From contig CAWETI010000003.1 of NCBI GenBank assembly GCA_963812015.1, forward strand, positions 2,048,001 through 2,112,000: a stretch of 64,000 nt of DNA. Direction: 5' to 3'. The notes below the pieces were generated by a model that saw only the letters and a program-made list of their open reading frames with translations, was not told the DNA's origin and ran no database searches. Source of the DNA: an uncultured delta proteobacterium (lineage in GTDB: Bacteria > Desulfobacterota > Desulfobaccia > Desulfobaccales > 0-14-0-80-60-11). The position numbers and the translations under genes are program-made. Shown one piece after another: positions 47,349 to 56,385 of this stretch (position 1 is its first letter; every line of letters begins with the position of its first letter).

Positions 47349-47861
47349 TTATTCTCTATCAACGTTCGCTGGCTCCATTAGATATACTAATAAACGAATA
47401 AATAATAATAAGATTATTAATACTACTAATAATGATGCCCAAAATTTTTCTTCGATAAATATATATGTCCATATAATTATTACGATGTATGATAGAAATT
47501 CAGAATATTCAGGTTCATCAATCCAACTTCTCCTTTTAATAATTTTAGTAATTAAATCATCCGGAATATATTTTATTGAAAGTTTGTCATTTGTAATTGA
47601 GAAAACTATCTCGCTAGCAAATTTTCGTTGCCGAAATTGCCACCAAACAAAGAGGCAAATAAATATGAAGGATATAAACATAATTCGAGGTTTTTGAGCA
47701 GCACACAAAGCGTTTGCACTGTATATAAACCAAATTCCACCCAAATATAATGAAGTAGCGATCCATGCCATTTTTTCTTTATGATCGTGATACCTTCCAT
47801 AGTAATCTCTATAACTCAAGATGAAATTAGTTCTTACTTTTTCATCATTGTTGTTTGACAT
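47349..47861 (-). CDS. Very AT-rich hypothetical membrane protein (about 4 TM)
   Basis: 170-aa ORF in AT-rich DNA; two pairs of hydrophobic helices. Confidence 0.65.
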   Translation of the reverse strand: MSNNNDEKVRTNFILSYRDYYGRYHDHKEKMAWIATSLYLGGIWFIYSANALCAAQKPRIMFISFIFICLFVWWQFRQRKFASEIVFSITNDKLSIKYIPDDLITKIIKRRSWIDEPEYSEFLSYIVIIIWTYIFIEEKFWASLLVVLIILLLFIRLLVYLMEPANVDRE

Positions 47862-47993
47862 TGAAAGCCGCCTTTAATAAACTAAAATTTTGTGGTATCC
47901 TTTGCCACCGCCGTTCCAAATTATCTTGTTAAAGTAATAATAGCAAAGAGTTAGCCTGAGAAACAATTTTTTAATGGATTCTTTGTATAATCC

Positions 47994-48581
47994 TCAGCCG
48001 GCCGCGGCGATTTCCTCGATTGTGCGGCCGGTGAGCACCGACCGGGGTTCGGTGGCCACGGGATTGCCCCGGGGGTCGGCGGCCTCGTCGTCCGCCTTCA
48101 CCAGGAGCCAGGATTCGTCCTTGCCGGTACGGAAGCGGGTCAGGGCGTAGCCGCCCTTAAGTTTGCGCCCCTCCAGCCAGACCTTGATATGCCCGTGCGC
48201 CACCGCCTGGCCCATGGGGATGGCCACCCCTTTTTTCTCCGTCAGGTTGCGGTAGGGGCCGGTGTCCCACACCAGCACCGTGCCGCCGCCGTATTCCCCG
48301 GCGGGGATGACCCCCTCGAAATCGGCGTACTCCAGGGGATGGTCTTCGGTGGGCACGGCCAGGCGCTTGTCTTTGGGATCGGTGGACGGGCCTTTGGGGA
48401 CCGCCCAGGATTTCAAGACCCCGTCCACTTCCAGGCGGAAGTCGTAGTGCAGATGGGTGGCGGCGTGCTTCTGGATGACGAAGATGGGCTCCGGGAAAGT
48501 CCGGGATTTTCTGGCCGCCGGCTCCGGGGTGCGGCTAAAATCCCGTTTTGCCAGGTAATCCTTAAGACTGCCATCGGTCAT
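47994..48581 (-). CDS. Stand-alone LigD 3'-phosphoesterase domain protein
   Basis: KRDFSRTPEP, QKHAATHLHYDFRLE, SWAVPKGP, EDHPLEY, YGGG. Confidence 0.93.
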   Translation of the reverse strand: MTDGSLKDYLAKRDFSRTPEPAARKSRTFPEPIFVIQKHAATHLHYDFRLEVDGVLKSWAVPKGPSTDPKDKRLAVPTEDHPLEYADFEGVIPAGEYGGGTVLVWDTGPYRNLTEKKGVAIPMGQAVAHGHIKVWLEGRKLKGGYALTRFRTGKDESWLLVKADDEAADPRGNPVATEPRSVLTGRTIEEIAAAG

Positions 48582-48727
48582 GACGGTTTTGCCTTTTTAA
48601 CGATAAGTTACCTCTAACATAAGCACCTGGGCCAATCCGGTCAATGGTTCCTCTGGGCCGATGGGACGGGGCGGCATGGAGCTTGAGAGGAAAAAAGGGC
48701 AGCTTCCCAAGAATAAAGCGCAGGGTA

Positions 48728-48757
48728 TTGACAATGATTATAAATGTAGTATATAAA
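48728..48757 (+). promoter_or_regulatory. Sigma70-type promoter of the PxxKW gene
   Basis: TTGACA at 48728 with TATATA/TATAAA 16-18 bp downstream. Confidence 0.6.
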
Positions 48758-48793
48758 TATAAGATTTACTGAATATCAAGGGGGGCTACGGCC

Positions 48794-49078
48794 ATGCACT
48801 GCGCAACTTTGAAACCAGGGGTAGATTGTACGTTTATGTCCAAAAAAGGCTGTTCGTTCAACGGCGGCAGCTGTAAAACGGTAGTGACGGAATGTGAAGG
48901 CTGCGACCGGGTCTTGGGTTCCAACGGTAACTCTTTTTGTGCTTCTTTTCCTGACCCTGCCGCCAAGTGGCGCCGGGGGGCCTGTAATCTGGCCACCCAT
49001 GTGAAGGTTGAGAAAAAAGAGTCCGCCCAGAAGGTCAATCCTCTCAAGGCGTCCAAACGGCAAGCCGCCGGCCGCTAA
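48794..49078 (+). CDS. PxxKW family cysteine-rich protein
   Basis: CTFM...CEGC...PAAKWRRGACNLATH...NPLKASKR. Confidence 0.9.
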   Translation: MHCATLKPGVDCTFMSKKGCSFNGGSCKTVVTECEGCDRVLGSNGNSFCASFPDPAAKWRRGACNLATHVKVEKKESAQKVNPLKASKRQAAGR

Positions 49079-49096
49079 CCAGGCGCTGAACGGACA

Positions 49097-49138
49097 GCGC
49101 GGCTCGACGCTTTTGCCGGCCGCGCTTTCCTTTTTTTA
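49097..49138 (+). terminator. Intrinsic terminator
   Basis: agcgcggc...gccgcgct stem followed by T-rich run. Confidence 0.65.
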
Positions 49139-49150
49139 TCCTACCCGTTT

Positions 49151-50347
49151 TTACTTCCCCAGCTTCGCCAAGGCTTCTTTGATCCGGCTCAATCCCGTGG
49201 CAATCCGTTCCCGGGACGTGGCATAGGAAAACCTCAGGCAGTTATCCTCTCCGAATTCGCCCCCGGGCACCGCGGCCAGCCGGGCTTCCTCCAGAAGATA
49301 GGCCGCCAGGGCCCCGGACCGGGATTGTCCCGGCTCCACCTTCAGCCGGCCGTAATACGCCGAAAAATTGGGAAAGATATAGAACGCCCCACCCGGCTTG
49401 ATGGTGGTGACCCCCGGGATATCCAAGACCCGTCGGTAGATGTCGTCCCGCCGCCAGGCAAACTCCGCCAGCATGTTTTTAACCGAGTCCTGAGGACCGC
49501 TCAGGGCCTCCACCGCCGCCTTCTGGGCAATGGAATTGGGGTTGGATGTGCTCTGGCTCTGCAGGGTGTCCGCCGCCTTGATCCCGGCTTCGGGGCCCGT
49601 CAGGTAGCCGATGCGCCAGCCGGTCATGGCATAGGCCTTGGACACCCCGTTGAAGACAAAGGTGCGAGCCTTGAGCTCCGGGGACAGCATGGCCATATTC
49701 ACGAATTTGGCGCCATCGAACAAGATTTTGTCGTAGATGTCGTCGGAAATGATGTAGAGCCCGGCTTCCAGCGCCACTTCCCCCAGGGCCGCCAGTTCGG
49801 CCTGGGTATAGACGCCGCCGGTGGGATTGGAGGGGCTGTTGATCACCAGGGCCTTGGTCCGGGGGGTGAGGGCGGCTTTGAGTTCCGCGGCCGTGAGCTT
49901 AAAGCCGTTGTCCTCCCGGGTGGGCACGACCACCGGCGTGGCTTCGGCCAGCAGGGCTATGGGCACATAGGAGACCCAAAACGGGGCCGGGATAATGACC
50001 TCATCACCTTTATCGAACAGCACCTGGAAGAGGTTGTAGAGGCTGTGCTTGCCGCCGCAGGACACCAGGATTTCGCTGGGCTTATAGCTCAAACCGTAAT
50101 CGGCCTGGAATTTGTTGGCGATGGCCGCCTTCAGTTCCGGGGTGCCTCCCACCGGGGTGTAGCGGGTAAAACCCTCCCGGATGGCCCGGATGGCGGCCTC
50201 CCGGATATTTTCAGGGGTGTCGAAATCCGGCTCCCCCACCCCGAAGTTGACTATGTCGACCCCCTGCGCCTTGAGCTGATTGGCCTTGGCATTCAGGGCC
50301 AGGGTGGCGGAAGGGGGAATCTGGCGAATACGGCGGGCAAGTTGCAT
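49151..50347 (-). CDS. Class I/II PLP aminotransferase (aspartate aminotransferase-like)
   Basis: GEPDF, NSPSNPTG, SDDIY, SKAYAMTGWRIG. Confidence 0.95.
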   Translation of the reverse strand: MQLARRIRQIPPSATLALNAKANQLKAQGVDIVNFGVGEPDFDTPENIREAAIRAIREGFTRYTPVGGTPELKAAIANKFQADYGLSYKPSEILVSCGGKHSLYNLFQVLFDKGDEVIIPAPFWVSYVPIALLAEATPVVVPTREDNGFKLTAAELKAALTPRTKALVINSPSNPTGGVYTQAELAALGEVALEAGLYIISDDIYDKILFDGAKFVNMAMLSPELKARTFVFNGVSKAYAMTGWRIGYLTGPEAGIKAADTLQSQSTSNPNSIAQKAAVEALSGPQDSVKNMLAEFAWRRDDIYRRVLDIPGVTTIKPGGAFYIFPNFSAYYGRLKVEPGQSRSGALAAYLLEEARLAAVPGGEFGEDNCLRFSYATSRERIATGLSRIKEALAKLGK

Positions 50348-50482
50348 GGTTACTCCTTTGTGGATAGAATTTCCGGGTAGGGCGAGCTCGCGGGATCATC
50401 CGGCCTCGCCCCATTGCACGGCAACAATCTTTTGAAAAATATCCAACATTATGATAATTGTCAACTGCGGGAGGCCTGGCCG

Positions 50483-51331
50483 GTGAAGTCCGTCGCCATC
50501 ATCACCAAAAAATTCAAACCCGATGCCCTGGAGGCGGGCCGGGCCTTACAGGCCTGGCTCTACGCCCAGGGGGTAAAAGCCTGTCATTTTGAAAACGAGC
50601 CTGAACCCCATATTCCGCCTTTGCCCCCTGATGTTGATTTCATCGTGGTGATGGGGGGTGACGGCACCATCCTGAGCGTCGCCCGCCATTACGGCGAGAG
50701 GGGCGTGCCCGTCTTCGGGGTCAACCTGGGGGGCCTGGGGTTCCTCACGGAAATCTCCCTGGATGAGCTCTACCCCTGCATGGCCGAGCATGTGCTCACC
50801 GGCAAATTTGAGGTGGAAGAGCGCCTGATGCTCACCGTCACCCTGTTCCGCCAGGGACAGATCACCTGGCGGGAAAACGTCCTGAACGACGCGGTGATCA
50901 ACAAGGGGGCTCTCGCCCGCATCGCCGAGATGACTACCTGGATCGACGGGGAATACCTCACCGTCTACCGGGCCGACGGCCTCATCGTCGCCACCCCCAC
51001 CGGCTCCACCGCCTACAACCTGTCCGCCGGGGGACCCATTGTCTACCCCACCCTGCACCACCTCATCCTGCTGCCCATCTGCTCCCATACCCTGAGCAAC
51101 CGCCCCATCATCCTGCCGGACACGGTCACGGTCGCCGTCACCCTGGACGAAAAAGTCCAGGACGTCTACCTCACCTTGGACGGCCAGGTGGGCCGGTCCA
51201 TGGAGCCGGGCGACCGGGTGGAAATCCGCCGGGCTCCTTACCACCTGAAACTGGTGAAGTCACCCCACCGCAGCCACTTTGAAATCCTGCGCACCAAACT
51301 GGGCTGGGGCGAGTTGGGCGTTTGTAAGTAG
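50483..51331 (+). CDS. nadK: NAD kinase
   Basis: GGDGT, LND, ATPTGSTAYNLSAGGP; GTG start inferred. Confidence 0.95.
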   Translation: MKSVAIITKKFKPDALEAGRALQAWLYAQGVKACHFENEPEPHIPPLPPDVDFIVVMGGDGTILSVARHYGERGVPVFGVNLGGLGFLTEISLDELYPCMAEHVLTGKFEVEERLMLTVTLFRQGQITWRENVLNDAVINKGALARIAEMTTWIDGEYLTVYRADGLIVATPTGSTAYNLSAGGPIVYPTLHHLILLPICSHTLSNRPIILPDTVTVAVTLDEKVQDVYLTLDGQVGRSMEPGDRVEIRRAPYHLKLVKSPHRSHFEILRTKLGWGELGVCK

Positions 51332-51387
51332 CAGGGGCCAGGGATCAGGGGTTAGGGGTTAGGGGCCGGTAGCCAGTGGTCAGGGTT
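51332..51387. repeat. Degenerate heptamer tandem repeat (caggggt-like x8)
   Basis: caggggc cagggat caggggt taggggt taggggc cggtagc cagtggt cagggtt. Confidence 0.8.
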
Positions 51388-51392
51388 TTTAT

Positions 51393-51481
51393 CTCGTTCC
51401 CAAGCTTGGCTTGGGAACGCCTTGACTCGCCAAGCTCAGCTTGGCAACCATTTTCGTTCCCAAGTACAACTTGGGAACGAG
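51393..51481. repeat. CGTT-type REP/BIME-like element with three palindromes
   Basis: ctcgttcccaag...cttgggaacgag terminal inverted repeat; internal gccaagctcagcttggc. Confidence 0.8.
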
Positions 51482-51618
51482 TGGAAAAAGGTTTCGGCTT
51501 CAAGAGCAGAAACTTTGGGGAATTTTCCCCGGGCCAAGAGGTCCCCAAAACCATTTTTTGACTGCGGTGGCCAAGGCTGCGGCGTAATCTCGAATAATTA
51601 TCGTTGGGCTGTAGAGAA

Positions 51619-52239
51619 ATGACCGAAGTCATAAAATTTCTAACTAGCGGTACATGGCAAGCCAACACTACCATCGCCATAGTATTCTTATTGGCCATGA
51701 CAGCGGCTATGATCTTTCTGGCGGCTTTCTTACAGGGTCGCGACGTCTCGTTTTGGGGATTCAAAATCGGCGCGCGTCCCCGAAGCGACAACTCCGCTAT
51801 GAGCCAACACGCTTTAATCGCCAAAGGCTACGCAAGGATCACCAAGCCTGATCGCGGGCAAAAGGTGCCGTGGAGCTTTGCTGTTGAAGGGACTTTCAGG
51901 GATCTCCCAGAGGGCTACGAACTGTGGATATTCACAACTGCTGGTTCGGGTTTGTCTTCTCGGTACTGGCCACAAGCCCGGGCTGCTACGCGGGATGATA
52001 ATGGAACATGGAGAAGCAATGTCTATGGCATTGGTGGTGATACAGGTGCCATAAGGACTTTTGGAATATTTCTTGTCGGCCATGATGGCCAGGTTCTCAT
52101 TGAATTCTGGAAGGCCGCAGGACAATCTGTTGCGGCTGGAGCCCCTTGGCTCCCTCTAACACGGCTGACCCAAGACATTTATAAATATCATGAGGTGGAT
52201 GTTGTTGTCGAGTCCGGCAAGCCCCAGCAAACAGCCTAA
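51619..52239 (+). CDS. Hypothetical membrane-anchored protein with beta-rich (Ig-like?) domain, lower GC
   Basis: N-terminal TM helix; ITKP...VEGT...LWIF...YWPQ...W. Confidence 0.7.
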   Translation: MTEVIKFLTSGTWQANTTIAIVFLLAMTAAMIFLAAFLQGRDVSFWGFKIGARPRSDNSAMSQHALIAKGYARITKPDRGQKVPWSFAVEGTFRDLPEGYELWIFTTAGSGLSSRYWPQARAATRDDNGTWRSNVYGIGGDTGAIRTFGIFLVGHDGQVLIEFWKAAGQSVAAGAPWLPLTRLTQDIYKYHEVDVVVESGKPQQTA

Positions 52240-52360
52240 CTGAGCGATATACTACAAAGGTAGTGATTCCCATAAGTGCAGAATAGAAAAAATAATTCAA
52301 GACATCGACTTTTCGTTGCCAATTTGGCTTCATTTTATGGGGCAGGTAGATAAATAGAAG

Positions 52361-52410
52361 CTGACTACCGATCATTTATACTAATCCCTGGCCCCTGACC
52401 CCTAATCTCT
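52361..52410. repeat. Degenerate heptamer tandem repeat, inverted relative to 51332-51387
   Basis: ctgacta ccgatca ... ctaatcc ctggccc ctgaccc ctaatct. Confidence 0.7.
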
Positions 52411-52414
52411 GCCT

Positions 52415-53233
52415 ATGGCTGATCCCTTCAAAGAATTCCCCGTCTGGCGCTACCGCCAGGGCCGGGTGGAAGCCGCCCGGGACCGGGTGGCGGTGGAAGA
52501 GCCCCTGCAAATTCGCCTGGGCGGCGAGCCGTTTCAGGTGCTGATGCGCCTGCCGGGCTGGGAAAAGGAACTGGCCCTGGGGTTTCTTTATACCGAAGGC
52601 ATCATCCAAAATCTCTCCGAGGTCATCACCATTCACTTCTGCGGTACCGGGACCGACCCCCTCCTGCCTCCCAACGTGGTGGACGTCAGCCTGACGGAAG
52701 TGGCCCTGGCCCGGCGGGGCCGCCGCCACCTGGAAGTATCCTATTCCAGTTGCGGCCTCTGTGCCAAGGAGGCGGTGAGCGAGATCTGCTTGAAGGTTCC
52801 CAAAGTGGCCGGCAACCTCACCGTTTCCCCGGCGGCGCTCTTTGCCCTCATGCACCGTCTCCAGGAGTCCCAGCCCATCTTTCAGGCCACGGGCGGGACC
52901 CACGCCGTGGCCCTGACCCGCCCCGACGGCGGGGGGTTCATCTCTGCCGAGGACGTGGGGCGCCATAACGCCATGGATAAGGTCATCGGCCGGGCCGTCC
53001 TCACCCGGCAGGACCTCACCGGCATGGTGGCCCTGCTCAGCGGCCGCATCAGCTTCGAAATGGCCCTCAAAACCATCCGCGCCGGCATCCCCATCCTGGC
53101 CGCAGTCTCGGCCCCTACCTCCATGGCCCTGGAACTGGCCCAGGAACTCAACCTCACCACCGTGGGCTTCCTCCGGAACCAGCGCCTCAATATCTACACC
53201 GCCCCGGAGCGGGTGGTGGAGGGAGGGCATTAG
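52415..53233 (+). CDS. fdhD: Formate dehydrogenase accessory sulfurtransferase
   Basis: VAVEEPL, SSCGLC, TGGTHA, EDVGRHNAMDK, SGRISFEM, SAPTS. Confidence 0.95.
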   Translation: MADPFKEFPVWRYRQGRVEAARDRVAVEEPLQIRLGGEPFQVLMRLPGWEKELALGFLYTEGIIQNLSEVITIHFCGTGTDPLLPPNVVDVSLTEVALARRGRRHLEVSYSSCGLCAKEAVSEICLKVPKVAGNLTVSPAALFALMHRLQESQPIFQATGGTHAVALTRPDGGGFISAEDVGRHNAMDKVIGRAVLTRQDLTGMVALLSGRISFEMALKTIRAGIPILAAVSAPTSMALELAQELNLTTVGFLRNQRLNIYTAPERVVEGGH

Positions 53234-53235
53234 AC

Positions 53236-53392
53236 TTGGGAGAGGAGGCCAGGGGCCGACGGCCCCTGCCCCCTCTCCCAAACCCTCTCCCCCAACCCCC
53301 ATAAGAAAAGCAGGGGCGACCCGCCGGGCCGCCCCCTTACAAAAAAACAAAAAACCGAAAACTGAAAACTGGAAACTGGAAACCGAAAACCG
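53236..53392. repeat. Family B-like palindrome plus (a/g)aaac(c/t)g heptamer x6
   Basis: ttgggagagg...cctctcccaa; heptamers at 53351-53392. Confidence 0.75.
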
Positions 53393-53396
53393 TCTT

Positions 53397-54404
53397 CTAA
53401 TCCGCCTGGTTGATGGCGGACAGTTGCCAGGGGTTATTGCCCACGGACCGGGTAAGGGTCCAGTATTCCTCGAACTTCACCGGCTCCGTTTTGCTCCCTT
53501 CCACTACCTGCCCGGTGCTTTCATCCACGTTATAGTCCAGGAGGTTGGCGTAAACGCGCGCCGTAATGAAGTCGGAGCCCGATTCCTGCCAGGCCTCGGT
53601 GATATCCACGGACCGCACCGCGATATTTTCCAGCCGGTTGATTTTTTTCTGGGCCTTGAGCTGGTCCGCGTCTTGCTGGAAAATCCGGTACATTTCATCG
53701 GTCAGCAGGTTTTTGACCGGGGCCATATCCCGGTTGGCCCAGGCCCCCTGAATCTTGAAGAAGGTATCCATGCACATATCCTGGAACTTGGCTTCGTCGA
53801 ATCCCGGGTCGAATTGCCGGATATTGGCCAGACCCTGCTCCAGGTCCCGGTCGCCCTGGGGCGCCGCGGCCTGGGGTTGGTCATACACCGGCGGAAAATG
53901 CGGCTGGGGGGGCAGTTCCACGGTGCCGCTGCTCTGGTAATACCCCGACGTGGCCTCGGCTTCCTGGCGCTTCTTCTTGATGTACCAATAAACCAGGTAG
54001 CCAATGCCCGCCAGCAGCAGAATATCCATCAGGCCGATGCCGCCCCCGCCGCCGCCCGCGGCGCCGCCGGAGGCCGACGGTCCGCCGAACAGGCTATGGA
54101 AGAGCATGCCGCCGGCCAGGCCACCCAGGAGGCCGCCGCCGAAGCTCCGCAGAAAGCCGCCTGAGGATGGCGCCGTGGCGCCCGGAAGCGGTGTCGATGG
54201 CCGGGTGGGATTGACAGATGGGGATGGCTGCGTGGGTCGGGGCGCGGTGTAGGGTGTGGGGGCCGACATGGACCGGGAGCCGCGGCTGCCCATGGACCCG
54301 CCGCCTCCCGCCCGGGCCCAGGCATCCACGTGGAAAGCCCAGGTACACAGGAACAACAGGGCAAAAAGGGTCAGGACACCTTTTGTCCAGGTTTTCAACA
54401 CCAT
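53397..54404 (-). CDS. Tim44 domain-containing protein
   Basis: ARAGGG.S.GSRG leader, Gly-rich TM, DPGFDE, EEYWTLTR. Confidence 0.9.
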   Translation of the reverse strand: MVLKTWTKGVLTLFALLFLCTWAFHVDAWARAGGGGSMGSRGSRSMSAPTPYTAPRPTQPSPSVNPTRPSTPLPGATAPSSGGFLRSFGGGLLGGLAGGMLFHSLFGGPSASGGAAGGGGGGIGLMDILLLAGIGYLVYWYIKKKRQEAEATSGYYQSSGTVELPPQPHFPPVYDQPQAAAPQGDRDLEQGLANIRQFDPGFDEAKFQDMCMDTFFKIQGAWANRDMAPVKNLLTDEMYRIFQQDADQLKAQKKINRLENIAVRSVDITEAWQESGSDFITARVYANLLDYNVDESTGQVVEGSKTEPVKFEEYWTLTRSVGNNPWQLSAINQAD

Positions 54405-54593
54405 AAGATTTCCTCCGAGTCAACTTCGGGTTATAGGCAAGTCTCTCAATACGCTTATTATTATATCGGTTCGGCCAGCGTAAATCACCACAATTCCCCT
54501 CATCGCCTCATCGCCAGAGCCCGGTGGGGTTAACGACCACCTCGCACCAGTCAAGCGAGCCGGGGCGACCGCCTGGCGGACCGTGGGCCGCTT

Positions 54594-55340
54594 CTATTTG
54601 ACCGGTTTGACCCCCAGCTTTTCCAACTCCCCGCAGCAGAGGGCGCTCCCCAGCCGGCAACCAGCCTGGTAATCGGCGATGGCCTTGTCCTGCTGCCCCA
54701 GGTGGTGCCGGTAAATATTGCCCCGGAAGAAATACGACAGCGCCAGGTCCGGCTGCAGGGAGATGGCGGTGGTAAAATCATCCACCGCCTTCTGGTATTC
54801 CCCCTGACAGAACCAGGCCATACCCCGCTTGTTAAACACCCAGGGGTCCCGGGGGGCCAGCCGGGCGGCCCGGTTGAGGTCGGCGATGGCCTCGGCGAAC
54901 TGGCCTTCCTGGGCCAGGCAGTCTCCCCTTTCCTTACAGGCCTCGGCGTTCCTGGGGTCACATTTCATGGCCTGGGTAAAGATCCAAATGGCCTCCGGGC
55001 GCCGTTCCAATGCCACCAGGATATTCCCCTTGGCCAGGAGGAACTTGACATTTTTGGGGTTGTCCGCCAGGGCCAGGTCCACATCCTCCAGGGCCTCTTT
55101 ATTGCGCCCCAGGCCATTCAGGGCCAGGGCCCGGTAATACCTGGCCTCCAACACCTGGGGATAGCGGTCCACGTATTCATTAAGCAGTTTCAGGGCCTCC
55201 TCGTTGCGCCCCGCCTTCTGGGCCTCCATCCCCTTGACCAGGAGGGCCTGCCCGGCCCAAGTCGGAACCGCCATGACCATCAGACAGAAGAGGGACATGA
55301 CAACCGTTCGCCGTGAAACCATTGCCGGTCTCCTTGCCAC
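54594..55340 (-). CDS. Secreted TPR protein
   Basis: Signal peptide and multiple TPR repeats. Confidence 0.85.
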   Translation of the reverse strand: MARRPAMVSRRTVVMSLFCLMVMAVPTWAGQALLVKGMEAQKAGRNEEALKLLNEYVDRYPQVLEARYYRALALNGLGRNKEALEDVDLALADNPKNVKFLLAKGNILVALERRPEAIWIFTQAMKCDPRNAEACKERGDCLAQEGQFAEAIADLNRAARLAPRDPWVFNKRGMAWFCQGEYQKAVDDFTTAISLQPDLALSYFFRGNIYRHHLGQQDKAIADYQAGCRLGSALCCGELEKLGVKPVK

Positions 55341-55441
55341 CTTGCTGGCGCTCAGTATGATCGGCCCGGGCCAGGATAATAAAGGGCCACTGCCGGGGCA
55401 GATGACCCTTTATACCACAAATTGATTTTTCCCTTCCAGAC

Positions 55442-56287
55442 TTAATAACTACGCATGGCCCTCAGGCGCGCCACCCGCTCTTCAATGGGCGGGTGCGTGC
55501 TGAACAAGTTCATGAGGTTGCTGCCCGTCAGGGGGTTGACGATGAACATGTGGGCCGTGGCCGGGCTGGCGTTCATGGGGGCCCGCTGCACCCCCATGGA
55601 GAGCTTCTCCAGGGCCCGGGCCAGAGATTCGGGATTGTGGGCCAGGTGCGCCCCGGTCTCGTCCGCCAGGTATTCCCGGGACCGGGAGACCGCCATCTGG
55701 ATGAGCATGGCCGCGATGGGGGCGATGATGGACATCACCAAGACCCCGATAATGCCGCCTCCTTCGTCATCGTCCCGGCCCCCGCCAAAGATGGCGCCGA
55801 ACCGGGCCATGTCCGCCAGGATCATGATGGCCCCGGCCATGGTGGCGGCGATGGTGGAAATCAGGATGTCCCGGTTCCGGACGTGGCCGATCTCGTGGGC
55901 CAGCACCCCTTTTAATTCCACGGGGGTAAGCAAGCGCATGATCCCTTCAGTGGCCGCCACCGCGGCGTGGTCCGGGTTGCGGCCCGTGGCAAAGGCATTG
56001 GGGGAGTCGTCCGGAATAATGTAGACCCGGGGTTTGGGGATGCCGGCCTCCCGGGCCAGTTCCTCAACGATTTGGTGCAGTTGGGGGGCATCCGCCGGGG
56101 TCACTTCCTGGGCGCCGTACATCTTCAGCACGATCTTGTCGGAGAACCAGTAGCTGAAGAAGTTCATGCCCAGGGCCAAGAGAAAGGCCAGATACATGCC
56201 GGAGCGCCCGCCTAAAAGTCTCCCGATGACGATGAGAAAAGCGGTCATGCCGGCCAGCAACAGCACCGTTTTAATGCGGTTTTCCAT
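55442..56287 (-). CDS. htpX: Zinc metalloprotease HtpX
   Basis: [27 protein letters not shown]. Confidence 0.95.
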   Translation of the reverse strand: MENRIKTVLLLAGMTAFLIVIGRLLGGRSGMYLAFLLALGMNFFSYWFSDKIVLKMYGAQEVTPADAPQLHQIVEELAREAGIPKPRVYIIPDDSPNAFATGRNPDHAAVAATEGIMRLLTPVELKGVLAHEIGHVRNRDILISTIAATMAGAIMILADMARFGAIFGGGRDDDEGGGIIGVLVMSIIAPIAAMLIQMAVSRSREYLADETGAHLAHNPESLARALEKLSMGVQRAPMNASPATAHMFIVNPLTGSNLMNLFSTHPPIEERVARLRAMRSY

Positions 56288-56385
56288 AAATCTTACTCCC
56301 AACCCAACCGAGGTCCGCCCATGCCGGGAAACTCGTCAGGTTTAGATCTCTCTTTGTAGACGGCGATTTTCCTTAAATAGTAAAA

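Noticed and set aside
47994..48581. Complete NHEJ system
   Set aside because: Only the phosphoesterase domain is present, with no Ku or ligase in the window; stand-alone PE genes are common
51393..51481. CRISPR mini-array
   Set aside because: Palindromes are degenerate, spacers are too short, and there are no cas genes; fits REP/BIME
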